A stretch of 63,947 nucleotides of DNA, filler included, from Choristocarpus tenellus KU-1152 (lineage: Eukaryota; Protista; Phaeophyceae): NCBI GenBank assembly GCA_964200185.2. It is 11 parts of 11 records of this genome, joined end to end, with 100 filler letters (N's around TTAATTAATTAA, not from the genome) between each part and the next. Parts side by side here need not be neighbours in the genome. Positions count along the whole stretch, not along the records: positions 10,481 to 16,437 come from CAXNAD020009316.1; positions 16,538 to 21,535 come from CAXNAD020012230.1; positions 21,636 to 25,684 come from CAXNAD020016481.1; 8 more parts are not named here. The stretch is one strand, 5' to 3'. Under the pieces are notes generated by a model. It was not told the DNA's origin. It worked only from the letters and a program-made list of their open reading frames with translations, and did no database searches. Positions within the stretch are counted from its first letter, which is position 1. Each line of letters opens with the position of its first letter. This document shows positions 10,922 through 24,605 of the stretch, piece after piece. The position numbers and the translations under genes are program-made.

Positions 10922-13900
10922 CTGAGTATACTTCTTGCACGCCAGGTGGAAGTTTCCTTGATGCTTGCAAGCTTTGGCGAGTTCCCTGAGGACTTGTTCT
11001 CTCCCCTCTCCTCCTCCTCCTCCTCCCTTTGCAATCCCTTTACTTTCTCTTTTACCTTCTCTTACAGCGCGTGCACTCCCACTGCTTCCAACCCCTTCCC
11101 CATCTTTCGGAGGGGACAACTCCTCAGCCATATCCTCGCTTATCGTGACCTAATGCAGTTTTAAGTTGTGACAAATGACATTTCTTTTTCGGATCAGTAG
11201 CTGTGACAAAATCGAGGTACAGTCTCAGGATATTGTTTAGGTGGAGAAAGCCTTTAGACAAGCAGGCTGTCCTCTCTTGAGTACAACTTTGTTCAGTACT
11301 TCTAACCCTAACCCTAACCCTAGCCCTAACCCTGTTGATGAACCTCCTCGGGAAGGAGCACGTGGTCACTTGCCTAGTCCTTCCTGGATACTATGGGAAT
11401 GAAATGTTTCCCCACTAGACATTGGGTAAATGTTGAGAGTCATAGAGCATCTGCTCTGAGGATGCTAACACGTGCTTGGGCAAAAAATGGAGGAACTAGT
11501 CAAGTTGGATATTGCGATCAATGCTCTTGACCCCTGCAGACTGACTCACTGAGCCAACGCCTGATCTTCCTTTTCCCTGAAGATAGCCTACTGGCGGCGG
11601 CGGCTACTCACACCTACGACAATCTTGTCATTCCCCCCACCCACCTTGTGATCCATGCAAAGGCGGATTGCTTGCACATATTGCTTTCCACGAATGGAAA
11701 GGGCAACTGCCTTCTCAAACTGGTCGTGCTCAATGAAGAAATCAGCACAACGCCCCAGTACCTGATTCACGATATACAACAGGCAGTCTTAGGGTTAGGG
11801 TTACACTCAGGTATTGTATATACGGAGTAGTATACTTCAAAGTAGGTTTCTAAACGCACTTTGAGGTAGGGTGCATCTTCGTATTGTACGGCTTGAGTTC
11901 ACTTTTATTATTATTTCTTTGTGGCCCATTGGACCAGAAAAATGTTGCAAATGTAGATTTCTTTTCTCAGAAAGTTATCGTCAACACATCTACATTTTGT
12001 TCTATGTAGTATTTGTTATAGTAACGCCTTCCTCGCAGATGATGACTGTGACAAAAAAAAGTGCTTGGTATGACATGTACATTCACATATGTGGTCGCAC
12101 ACAACACACGCACAACACAACACAACACAACACAACACAACACAACACAAACACAACACACACAGACACATGCATTCAAAGCAGAAAAAAAACAACTCCA
12201 AAGCATTTAAGAGGGTAGGGCTGCATCCGTTCAGGGTCATAAATCCAATACAGATATACATACATGCTCATAGATTGTTGAAGACAGTTAGGTAAAAAAA
12301 AAGAAATACATGAATTGCATTGGTAGGAACATCAGCAATTAAACCAACTAGTCAAAACATGCCTGCTCCTACCTTCCATGCTCCTCCTGTACATATTGAA
12401 TAGATGTACATGTCGCTTGACAACACACTCAGCAAGCAACTACATAGAGTACATACATACTGCAACAACCAACCTCTAACTCTGTCTCCATCAGGGAGAG
12501 TTCATTGCAGTATTATCCTGCATCAATAGAAGGGTTAGGGCTATTTATAGTAGACTGTACATTATGTACACGTGAGACGGCAGTTGGAGTAAAGGAAAAT
12601 AAATGGAAAAGATGTACTATTCATACATACACAAGATTGGCTAGGAAAGGTAAAACTGAGTCATAGGAAAGTCATACCTGGGGGGAAGTGTCGCCACTCA
12701 AGTCCTCAGTGATTGTCTTGAGGACATCAAACATGCCAGGGCGGCCCCCCGAACCAGCGCGGAAGCAAACATCTAATGCCCGAGGCACATCCCCACCCTT
12801 TTGATACAGCTGGACAGCTCGCTCAAGCTGACCTCTACTCTCAAAATGTGCAGCTACTGACACCATGATACTTGGTCGGCTCTTGAGTGCAAACCCCATG
12901 AGCTATTATCATTGTGAAGGATGTATTGGTTGAGGGATCCGAGTGAAGGTACTTGGTGAGTGATGATAACACTTGAGGGAGGGGTGGGAGGAGGAAGTCG
13001 TATGGTGAACGAATAATATTGGCTTGACATGACATGACATGACATGACATGCATGAGATTCTGTTGACCTAAAGTGACAGATATACTGTTGTACTATTAG
13101 GTTGAATTGACAGACATACCGTATCCCCTACCCCCCGGTCTTCTTCATTATATACCACCTCCTCTCATGTCTCATGGTGTCAATTTAAACCTACAGGCTG
13201 CAGCTATCATACTGCACTACCCTAGCAACACTTTCCCTATGTATACACTTACACCCCTCGCTATCAATTTCCACCATGTTTCCTTCCAAGCAATAAAGGC
13301 AAGCCACTAAGCAAAAATGAACTGGACAAACAGCTAAAACTAGTTGGACTCGAAAAGGACGTTGTAGTGAAGTCCTGTGTAGCCAATGTGTTCCTCTGTT
13401 CAATATAATACTCAACATACCTCGGAATCCATTCCATGGTCCCTTGCGAGACGTATTGCGTGATTGTATCGGGAACTTCTTGCATAATACCCAACGGCCT
13501 CTGCAGTTTCACCCATAGCCTCTAAGTGACGCGCGAGGTGGTATGTGGCTGGTGCCGATCCTGATTCCTCCACAATTTCAGATGCCTATGGATAGGCCGC
13601 CACCAGGTGATGGTGGTGATGATGGTGGTGGTGGAGGAGGAGGAGGAGGAGGAGGAAGCATGAGTGTAACGTGGAGGTAAGTGGCGTATGTAGGGTGGTA
13701 TCTTTGTCTTCATAGGATTTTTTCAGCTTCTATTGCATTGTATACTTCCTCTTATCTTACTGGAAGTTTCATGTTGGTTGTGTGCACCTGGGGTGGTACT
13801 GTAAGCATGTGATCTCGACCCAGTTTGAAACATTCTTGAGAGTCAGTACAAATATTTTGTAATAGAAGTAAACTATTAGAGTGTTATAGTGTTAGGGCTT

Positions 13901-15669
13901 CACTAAAAAATAAACAATATTTTGTCGCTCTACTGAAAGGATTGTATGTACAGAATGTACAAAAGACACTTAAATAGTATTTGAATGAAATACGTCCACT
14001 GATTGTTAGTATTTGGGACTATCATAGTGTTTCTAATAGGACGACCTATCAATTTATTGATCCATTGAATACAAAACCTTATGGTCTGATTGCACTTACT
14101 GTGTGCTGTTCATGGGTTCTTGGATGACTGTGGACTCTTGAACGTTTTGACTATGACATTGCCGTATAAAGGCCCTTAGCATACTAGGATATTATCATCT
14201 AACACATTCGTGGTACACTGCCCCTGTTCCTAGACAATCAAGCCACTAGGACTCTCATGGTCTGGCACATGGCACAGCCTTTGGGCATTGTCTGAGAGGG
14301 TGTTCGAGTGCTTAATGAGGATTTGCTCAGGCTGTTTCTTCACGGGAGATTGCTACTGGAGTATCGCTCATGTTCATAAACATCAACGTGTGATGATGTT
14401 GCACTACTTCCATTCACAAATCTACCTTTTGGGCAACAGAACTTGGTAGTACAGGATTGAACTGACACAAAAACCCCCATCTTTACCTCCAACATCCAGG
14501 AAAGAAAGTCCAAGTTGGAAATGTGTTGGGAAACAACTGATAAGTAATGCCGCACACCCCAGCTAGTGCGACGTAGACAATGACCTGAAGGCACTAACTA
14601 TGACATGAACATTTGGTGACATTCTACTTCAAAGTGTGTTTGATGCCAGGAATCAACCCAGCTCTTCTAGCAATGTGTAGCATCTGGACATGGGCAATCA
14701 AAATGCTTGCGCAAGATAAGTGTGTACTGGAATGCTCCGGAATACCACCGCCATTTTCTCACGGCAACCCACCAAAGTTTTCTTATTTGACAAATGACAA
14801 AAGCATTTCTTGTTTTTTTCAGAGATAAACCAGTCATTTGCTTGAACGCCTTTCCAGTTCCTTTTTCAAACACCCTTCCTCAAATATTCAAGGGTTTAGT
14901 GATTGGCCAATCATAAAGTTTGTTGTTTTAGTGCTTTTTTTTTTAATCTTCCCCTGTGCTTCCCTCAGTTCATTCATACGCCTTGTCTGTTTTTTTCTAC
15001 AATTGAGTCTCAAGCCAAGCACCTACATGATACAGGCAGGGAGTAGGTCAGGGGGCAAACGCCACATATGTTGGTTTTAGATTATGCATCGGAGGGCTTG
15101 TCAACGAGCCGTGGGCTCTTTAAACCTTGAATTGTCAGCTTGAGGGACTTCCCCTCAAAACTCCTAACATTTCAACATTATGGTTACACAGTTATAAAAT
15201 CAACTAGTAGTGTATGCGCGAAGTTATTGTTGGTTTCAGGTCACGTTTTTCAGGACTCAAAGGCACTCAGAGTTGTGACTTTGAAAGAATTGATGACAGC
15301 ATTCTTGCTCTGGGTGACGCAGCTCTTGGGTTCTCAGGTTCAAAGTGTGAGGGGTTTGGTGGCAAGGAAAAGAGTTTGAGGTGTATACTGCGGACCGAAG
15401 TAAGTGCCAGGGAGCACTACCAGCTTCTTTCTGTGTATTAATGGAAGCGTGTGTTTATGTGTGTTTATGTGTGTTTATGTGTGTTTGTGTGGTGCATTTT
15501 TTCTTGTGTGAGTATATGATCTTACCTTGGCTAGATCCCCCGCCTGGCAACACAGTCTAACAAGGGACAGGTAGTCGCCAGCCCGTTCATAGAAAATGGT
15601 TGCCTTCTTGTGGTCCCCAATTGACTCCAGGTACTGTGCCCACCAAGTTGTTAGCTCCGGCGTATCCTC
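10922..15669 (-). CDS. IFT140: Intraflagellar transport protein 140 (IFT-A core), five internal TPR-region exons; gene truncated by both contig ends
   Basis: Phase-0 exons 15669-15526 (WWAQYLESIGD..DYLSLVRLCC), 13585-13421 (..TYHLARHLE..YNHAIRLARDHGMDSE), 12902-12678 (LMGFAL..ERAVQLYQKGG..EDL..SPQ), 11761-11645 (VLGRCADFFIEHDQFEKAV..AIRLC), 11149-10922 (VTISEDMAEEL..QGNFHLACKKYTQ). Motif order is colinear with IFT140 (WWAQYLES, RCSDFFIEH, HLATKKYTQ). Confidence 0.95.
11302..11332. repeat. Interstitial telomere-like (CCCTAA)n in an IFT140 intron
   Basis: ctaaccctaaccctaaccctagccctaaccc. Confidence 0.85.
12111..12150. repeat. (CACAA)n microsatellite in an IFT140 intron
   Basis: Direct inspection. 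Confidence 0.9.
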
Positions 15670-16437
15670 CTGGCAGCACAGTTCGATGTGGGGTGGGGTG
15701 CCTAGACCGGCGATGCAGTGCACTGGATAATCGTTTCTAGATCATTACAACCTCTACCTGAACATGTGGTGGTCGTGCTGAACCTTAGGCTTCACAAGTG
15801 GATTGCGGACAAGATACAGAAACTGGTTACATAAACCGTTTTTGTTTAACTTCTAGGTGACAACTGAATGAGGCATTAACTCCACACAATTTCAATGGAT
15901 TCCACTGATAGAGTGGCATATCAAGCACACAGGTAGGTACATGAAGGTGGGGTCACACACAGTACATCTTTGAAAAACAAAGAAAATGTCAGGTGTCAGG
16001 GTTAGGGAGCTTTGATCTTCAGCAGATGAGTTCAGGGCGGCCTGATTGATGATGTATATGTTCCTTCTTTTTTTTTTTCCTTGAACTTTGGTCACAACTT
16101 TGAACTTTGATCACAACTTTGACAGAGTACTTCTTCAGTGATTGTGTTTGTAAGGACCTAAGCTTTTGGCGTTGGAGTCATTTTCATAAAAATTTCGGAC
16201 CTTGTCAGTTCCTTCGACCTTCCTTACACAAGAACCTCCTTACACAAGAACTTCAAATTAGCCACCAAGCCCCAACTTCGAGATATCAAAAGGATGTGGC
16301 AGAATATATTTTTTCATCAGTCGGCTTTCAACCAGTACCAGTAGTGCAGAGACAGGTTTAACAGAAACCATGAAGGTACAAGTTGAAGTTGAAGCGAAGA
16401 ACATGGGCTGTAGTGACCCAAAGTATCTGGAGGGGGG

Positions 16438-16537
16438 NNNNNNNNNNNNNNNNNNNNNNNNNNNNNNNNNNNNNNNNNNNNTTAATTAATTAANNNNNNN
16501 NNNNNNNNNNNNNNNNNNNNNNNNNNNNNNNNNNNNN
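16438..16537. other. Artificial contig spacer
   Basis: Same pattern. Confidence 0.99.
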
Positions 16538-18541
16538 TCGAACACCCCCCCCCCCCCCCTCACACCCCCCCTTCTAACCTCTACCCTAACTATATGATCT
16601 AAAGGCCATGGGAAGGGGGAAGGCGTTGTTAATGCAACACCTGCTGGGTTTTCACCCATGTTAGTTTTGTCTGTTTTCTATTGTTTCCGCTAAGTTGTTG
16701 GGTGTCCTCATCCAATGCCCTGTATTTTTCACACTGCTGTGAAGAGGTGTGTGCAACATATACTCTAGGTTTGTCATGTGTGTGTGTGTGCGTGTGTGAA
16801 TATATATTGTGTGTTGTTAGGTGTACTTTTTTGTGTTAGAAAAGAGCTCCCTGGTTGCAATTTTTTGATTTCACATGCATGTCTGCGGTTGCAATGCACT
16901 GCTGGCTGCCATGGGGGGAAGGGTGGAGAAGTGATGGAAAGTGGGGGGCCATGACTATGGGCAAGGGACCATGTCATGGGAAAGAAACATCCTGTAGAGG
17001 TCACCTCAAAGGCGAAGGTGATGATTTCTATTGTTATGTGAGAGTTGTGACTGTTTTGATGAACCAAAGGCAATGAATGCTGCGAGGAGGGGTTTTATGA
17101 GTCGAGTTTTGTGTCTTTTTTTCAGTTTTTTGGTTTGGTGCACTCTGCTGAGGGCAGGCACCAGCCGTGTGTGCCTAGGGTCAGATGAGGTTGTTGCGTA
17201 CGGTGTTGTCTGATTGGCTGGTGCATTCAAGCTTGCTCTTAGGGATAAGAATATGTCTCACTGTCGAAGGATAGAGGGGATAAGACGGTTAGACAGGAGA
17301 TGAACTCTCTGATGGGAAAGGATGGGATGGAGGGTGATGGTGGGGAAGGAGATCACAATCATAGGGAATTATTTGAGCGAGAGAGGGGGCACAGCAAGAG
17401 GTGTGTGCAGGAAAGATGTAAGGAGAGCGTTTGTTTTGTGTGATCAAAATATCAAAGTCCGTCCTGAGCGATGATGGAAGGGAAAGAAATATTTCTTCCT
17501 TCCCCCTATGCCCCTCTTTGCAATGTGTGGTAAGTTCTGGGGGAGGGGATCCGCCAAAGGATTGACAAACGACTCTACTGTGTTTGTTGTTTGGGAACGA
17601 GATTTGGTGGAGTAGTGGATTTCTTTCTCATCAACATAGTGGTGCAGAGGATATCTGGGAGGAGAGAGAGGAAGATGTAGCCACTTCATGAACAGTGTAC
17701 ATGTGAAGTACTATGGTTTGATAAGAGGTGTGAAGTACATTCAAAAAGGAATCAATGTTGATGCATTGAATGCTCTGACATATCCCTAGGTAGGTACCCT
17801 TGACAAGTTGAAGGGTATGTACGTAACCTAACTGTGACTGCTGCTGGGTCGGCTACTTGTTTTGTACTGTTGTGGAAAGTTGTGGTGGCAAAGGGCGATC
17901 ATTAAGGATGCAAGTATTATGCCAGAAAATAATTAAAAAAAAAGAACCGATTTGACTTGGGGGATTGAGGCCCAACTGGAATGGGCACAACTTGTGATTT
18001 AGTTAGTGTTGTGAATCGAAAGTCTTAGTGTGTATAAATTTGAAATCGATGCAAATATGTCGATATATTGATAGGAAGTGAAGCCTATGCATGTGCAGCA
18101 TGTTTAGTGTATGGAAGTAACGCGTGCAGATATCCCAGTTCCGCCAGGAAATTTCTGTGAGCAAGGATAATGCACACTACTATAAAAAAAATCGACCAAC
18201 TGAATCCTTCAATTCGGAGGTTGATAATTATTTGATTAGTTGGATTGTACGAAGTTAACCACAAATATTCTGGAGCCCTAATTTTATTATTGAAAAAATT
18301 ATTGCTTGTATGGATATATTGCCCAGTGATCAACGTCATGTTCTAACTAGGGAATTGAAGGCTTGCTCATACTCTTGTGTACAAACTATGTGTATGAGCC
18401 TGTGGTTTGATACCTTTTTGATGTTGGTTGTTACTCTTAGTAGTACAATAATGAAAGCTGTCGAGGATAGAAACTACTGTCCATCATGAAGAAGAAAGGA
18501 CCAGCCAATGCATTATACACGCGGAGCCCTATCTAGGCAGA

Positions 18542-18753
18542 GAGTCAAAGTAAACGAGAGGTACCCAGGTTTTTCCCGTTTTAAGTCAGTTTAAACCAGT
18601 TTTTCAACCTTATGCAAGTCACCCATATTTCTATGGATGAAGAGCTAAGTTTGACTTGAGAGAGTTGATTTCTCCGTCGTTTGAAATTTCTCGACATAAT
18701 TCGGAAAATATCCTTAAAATGCAACTTTGGCTACCTCTGGTTTACTTTGACTC
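18542..18753. mobile_element. MITE subtype A (212 bp), about 27-bp TIR GAGTCAAAGTAAAC.AGAGGTA.CCA
   Basis: Ends gagtcaaagtaaacgagaggtaccca and tggctacctctggtttactttgactc, flanked by AGA on both sides. Confidence 0.85.
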
Positions 18754-21535
18754 AGAGTAAAGATAGAGCGAGCAGTGTGCTAGATGAAGAACATGCCCTT
18801 TACGGAAATGTTGGTTGCTCTCTGATGCTATGGGTCATTGCTCAAGGCAACGCGACACGGAAAAAGATGGACAGGAAGTATCTATTTCATCGGGAGACCC
18901 TGGAGTTACTTGACCAGGTTGTTCCCTCTGAAGCGAGTGTCTGGGGCTGATGTCCATGAGGTCTCGTGTGTTGAACAAGTACTTTCCACTATGATTCACA
19001 GTGGTAGTAGTAGGTTATTGAAGCATTTCCTCCCATAGTTTGCTCGGCTTGATGCATGTGTATCGAAGTCTAAGTAGGAGTGGATTGTGTAGTGCCTCTG
19101 GATTATTAGTTCCTAGACTGTTAAATAATATGACGCAAAAAAAAAATGTCTACAGTTATAACATCCACATCCTCAATGATATATTCCTGTTACAGTGGTC
19201 GTGCAGTAGGTTGCACGTATCATACGTGCACCACTACGTATCAGTTATCCACTGTCTTTTGCTCAAGAGCCTTGATCCCTCCTACTGCCACCACTATGCT
19301 GTTGACATCACTTCATATCTCGATTTGTGATTTTGCAAATTAAGTCTGTAAGTACACCTGAGAAAGAAACGTGCTTAGACTAATGTACTCTATTACTGTC
19401 ACAAGGACCATAATACAAGGAACACAATAGAAGTCAGTGTAGTTTAGCATAAAATTACAGATAGAACTGCCTTTTATATCCCTCCAGCAGTACGCACTAA
19501 GCATCAAGGAGGACATTTGGTCTAATGGAGTGGGAGTCTACATGTATTTTTTTTGCTGCTTTTGTTTCGCCTACTACTGCTTCTTGTATCTGTGTCCGTG
19601 AGTCCAACTGTTTGTAACTGCCCTGCTTGTACTAGCTCCAACCCAGCCAATGTGCCAACCTTCTCCTGTACTTGGCTCCTGTAATCCATGAATTTTGTTT
19701 ATTTGTCAAACCAAACTGTTGGCAAAGCTGCCTCTACTGCCGTATCGATAGTATTGCTTCCGCTGGAAGCTATGGTCTGCTCTTTGGGTGCCAACACCAA
19801 ACGTAAACGAAGTATGTACGGCCTTCTTTGTGCGCTACATTACAATAATAATAATAAAATAATAGTAATAACGGTACCAAACAAGCACAGAATACTTTTG
19901 TACTGATGATAGTATTAAGTTTGGTTTCCTTTTGTTACTCACTGCCTGTTATCCTACTGGGGTCTCCATGAGAATGAACAAAACAACTGGCAGTGCCTTC
20001 CATGAGCACATAGAATGTAGCCAATGAGAAAACATCTACAGGGTATCACATGCAAATGTGTATGAAAGGTACTTTCAAGTATCCTGAAACATGTGCCGAG
20101 TATATTAATGTGTTGGTGTGCCATACCACTTAGGCAAAAACCAACTTGAAAATATAGTCTTATACCTTGAAAATCATATGGACAGCCTAATCTAATAAAC
20201 AGACACAATAAGAAACCAGGGAGACAAAATGCCTCATTTGTGCCCCCTGTTCCCTCTCCCTCAAGGCTCTTGTTTCCCACCTCGCCCCCTCCCTAGCCAG
20301 CATCCTTTGATGAGGCAGCCTGTAATGAAACTGATGAATGATTCACTACTTAATTTTGGACACAACATATATGGCTCCCTGCCCAGTGCCATACCTACTA
20401 TACATGCCCAAAATATAAACCAGTATAAAGCAAGGCGAACAAAAATCTCTGTTTGCTTCCATCCCCCCACCTACCCACCCCCCAAGGGCATTATCATACT
20501 AGGGTTAGGAGTACAGTGTTCCTGGGGCACATACAAATGCACTTACAATCACACACCGAATAAATCAAACAGAACAGTAGTTACATGTTGTAGAGATGGC
20601 ATTCACACTATTGTGCATTGTGAATCTAAGATTCAATTGAATTGCTACGATTCAATTTATAATCCTGATTGATTGAAGCCGAAATCTTAGTTGTAATAGT
20701 TGACTGGTAAATTTCGGCACAACTGCTGGCTGCATATCTTGCCAGAGAGCTTGGCGAGTCTTGCACTGCATGTATGTTTTTATTGGAATTGAGTACATGG
20801 AAATTTTTTGAAACCTATGATCATAAAGTGCATTTGATCCACAACACTATCAATATCGGGAAATTTGGATAGACATGAACCAGAACCACAGAACTACTGC
20901 TTGTGGTCTTCCATGACGACTTACAGAAAGCACTGAATCAATCTGTAACAGATTGTGGTTTGAAGTTGATGGATTCACATCCCTCTACATATTTTTCTGT
21001 ACACGAATCAGGGAGCATCTTCAATCATCTTGGTTGTAAAACCTCCAATATCTACCGAAACACCTTTTAAAACGAAGCTGAAGTGTCTCAGTGCAAACAC
21101 TTCACCACCTGAGAGTTGAGTTTGGACCCAGCAGGGCGATGCCAGAGTTGGACAGAGGTTCAAGAATTGAGCTGGAATTGACTACAATTGGGGGCCGGGT
21201 TCATGAGGCAGTAGCAGTAGCCCTGTCACATAAAGCTGCGAGTAACGATGGTATCTAGTGCTTTTTTACGGGATGGTGTCCATTCTCATCATGTGTTAAT
21301 TGTCCGCGAGAAACAAAGATTGACTAGACACCCCACGTGTCTAAAGTTCACCACCACCCTCGCCATTCGTACTGCTGACTCTCCTCTCATGACATAGCAT
21401 CTCATGACACAGGTTCCCACGGTGAGAGTTGTATGATCAATGCCTAATCATGGAGAGATATATGCACATGGGGGTGTGTCAAGTGTCGCAGTCTTCATGG
21501 AGAGCAGGAAGCACTTCTCCCTTGCATGTACCCCC

Positions 21536-21635
21536 NNNNNNNNNNNNNNNNNNNNNNNNNNNNNNNNNNNNNNNNNNNNTTAATTAATTAANNNNNNNNN
21601 NNNNNNNNNNNNNNNNNNNNNNNNNNNNNNNNNNN
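21536..21635. other. Artificial contig spacer
   Basis: Same pattern. Confidence 0.99.
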
Positions 21636-24605
21636 ATCTGCCCCTCGTACCTCTCCAGCAGGGATGCCCTTATTCTCTGGATCTCCTCTGTGAAGTCCCC
21701 AGTGATGGCAGTGTCGTCCACATAGGTAGCGAGGATGGCGATGCGTCCATCTTTACTCTTCTTGAAGTGGAGATACTCGTCCTGTTGGCTACTTGTCCAT
21801 CCTTCTGCGAGAATAGTGCCCGTTAGTTTATGATACCCTGTATTTTCCTTTTCCATTGCTTCTTGCCACTGTTCTGCATTTGGCCCACTTAAGGCCGCTT
21901 TCGTTGTAGATGGTTCGCCTGCATCTGTTGTTACTTCCCTCATGAGACCCATAAAGCAGTGCACGTCGTCATTGTTTTGCTGCATGAGAGTTGATACGAA
22001 GTGGTTCATTTCTGTTTCTTCATCGTCTTCCTGATCACACAGATGAGATGTGTAGGCTAGCCGTTGGCACTGCTCCAGCCTGGCAGATCTCTGTCACTCA
22101 GAGTGTGGAGCCAAGCGCTTTGCCGCTATCTGTGCTGTCCTATCCATGCGCTGTCTTTGCCCCAATCCTGGGAATTTCTTGACTCTGAGAGGAAGCTGGG
22201 CGCTTGGTATATTGAGCCCCACGCCGAATATTTTGGCTCTCACCCCCAGTCATGTCTGCCTCGCTTCTTGTTGTGGAAGCCTCTTCTTCGACTTGTGTAT
22301 CCATGTCTTCATCGAGATCATACTCCTCCAGTATGTCTAGTTCAGGTTCCCCCACCAGTTCCAACAGTTGAGCTTCAGGTTAGAACTTGACCTGTGCTGA
22401 GGTTACCAGCTTACCCTCCTGTGGGATCCACATGTGCCAGCACAGTGACGCTCTGTCGTGTCCAACAAGTATCACCCTCTTTGCGTATGGATGAAATTTG
22501 GCATTAGCGCCGCGCTGTTGCTTGGTCTGGTGTACGAAGCACTCCATCCCGAACACACGGAGTCAGTTGTAATTGAATGGCTTGTTACTCAGGCGCTCAT
22601 ATGGTGTTTCACCGCCCAGGTACTCATGTGGCATGCCTGTGGTTTTAAATGTCGCATCTGCTACCGCGAAGAACCAAAACTCATCCCCCAGTCCAGCTTG
22701 AATCATCTGGCGCGCCGCTTGCATCACTTGTTGGATTGCTCGCTCAGCTATTCCATTGCTCTGAGGCGTGCGTGGGGGACTCTTGCACCATTTTATGCCT
22801 CGCTCTGTTAACATTCGTTGGAACCTTCCGCTCCTCCCAAACTCACCAGCGCCACCCCCACTGATGTATTTCACTACTACCCCATCTCGAGCCATTTCGT
22901 CTATGTAGGCAGCAATGGCCGCGGTAGCAGAGTTCTTGGTATGCAGACCTATCACACGCTTCTCCCTGCTAGCAGCCTCGTCCACAACACCTGGAAATAT
23001 TTCATGCCCGTCCGTCCGGGTTAAAGGGTCCCTCCATGTCTGTGTGTACCACCTCCCCAACTGTCTTGGGACTGCGGCCACCCCGTGCGTAACTGAGTAC
23101 CTCGGACTTGCACTCCTTGCAAACTGTGCAGTGAAGCTCTGAGGCGACCGTAGTATCTGAGATTTGCAGGAGACCTCGTTTCTCCAGGTATTTTATGGCG
23201 AAGGGGTTGAGGTGACCCATGATTTTATGCCAGTCAAAGAGGGAGAGACGCTGTTGCTTGTTGGCATAGCTAGCATTAATCTTTGCCTGACCGTTCTTCC
23301 CTTCGTCTACCTGGAACTGGGCCATCAGCATGAGGAAGGCCCCCTTCTCCTTTAATTAGATTTTGGCTGTCGTCTTGTTAAGTTTGATGTAACTCCTCCT
23401 GATTCCAGAGTCTAAAAATCCACCTCCCTTGCACCGTAAACTTCCAGTGCTAATAAGTCTGCATGGCAGACCTGATACCCAGAGTACGTCCTAGAGTACA
23501 ATCTTACTTGGCGAGCTAGTCTCGTTGGTTGCCTCCAGGTCCATCTCACCAATAGCTCGCGCGTTCAACGTACCTTTGTTGCCAAATGTCCAGGTGCGTT
23601 TTATGGCTGTGGCTGCAGTTAGATCCTGCAGTCGAGGGGTAAGGTGTACGTTTGCATCTGATTCGCAGAGTAGGCTAATGGTCGTGGACATATCTGAGCT
23701 GAGGACAGGAGCGCTGCCTCGACCAGCCTGTTGTATACATCCTTTCCCACAGACACATTCATGGCCAGGAATGCCCGCGATGAGCCCTGGCGATGAGCCT
23801 TGTCTCCCACCTCTGCCACCACTGCTCCTTTCCCTGGTTGGTGGTGGTGGAAATTTTGGTTTCGGCATCCTCTGGACGCTCTTAGCAGGAGGTTGGCCAG
23901 TCAAGTACGAGTGGCATTCTCGCCACCTGTGATTAAATCTTAAACAGAAGTCACATTGATTTGAATCGAAGCTGCTCTTGGACTGCTTTCTTCCTTTCTT
24001 ATTTTCTACTCCTGTGTGAAGCGCTATAGCCCCCGAGCTGCTAGTTGTATGTCCCGTGACGTCCGTGGCCATATAAGACGAGGAAGAGATGATGGCGTTT
24101 TTCAATTGATCATAAGTGAGCTCTGGAGATGTTGACAGCTGTGCAAACACTTGTGGCATACTTTCCTTGATGCCTATGATTATAGTTCATTTCTTTGCAT
24201 GATCCTCCTTGGCTGCATCTAGCTGCTCGTACTCTGTCCAAATGTGATCGAGACGAATGACGAAATCTGCAGCGTCCTCCACTGACGAGCAGTACATGTC
24301 GCGCAGCTTCATTTCTAGAGAAATGAGCTGCATGGGCCGCTGAACTGCAGCGCGCCCTCCACAAATTTGCTCTAATTCGAGTCAGGCAGCCCTCACATCG
24401 GGGCTGCCGTTATTCTCATGAGAGCAGATCACCATCGCTGCAGCTTCCCTCGTGGCCTGGCCCAAAAGGAACCATAAGGCCTCACGATGTTTGAAGTACT
24501 CCTCCTACGCGCTGCGCTCCCTAAACGATGTATCAGCCGTGGGTGGTGCAGGAATGCGGTATTCTGGTTGGAGGATCCGGTAGAGTCCCTTGCCTCCTGC
24601 ATAGT
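21636..24605 (-). mobile_element. Decayed Ty1/copia LTR retrotransposon internal region (gag-PR-IN-RT), no LTR seen, truncated at contig end
   Basis: Copia domain order on the minus strand: gag with in-frame stops and a zinc knuckle CDFCLRFNHRWREC; degenerate protease site (LCESDANVH); pre-integrase WHKIMGHLN..C..C; integrase VVHTDMEGP..PPRTPQSNGIAERA; RT EPSTTKAALSGPNAEQWQEAMEKE and LATYVDD. Frameshifts and stops throughout. Confidence 0.95.

Noticed and set aside
3240-15669. Flagellar gene cluster (p28-like + IFT140)
   Set aside because: The two genes lie on different contigs separated by an artificial spacer, so linkage is unsupported.
16538-21535. Numerous short ORFs in contig 3
   Set aside because: No recognisable domains or consistent exon chain; the contig appears intronic/intergenic with repeats.
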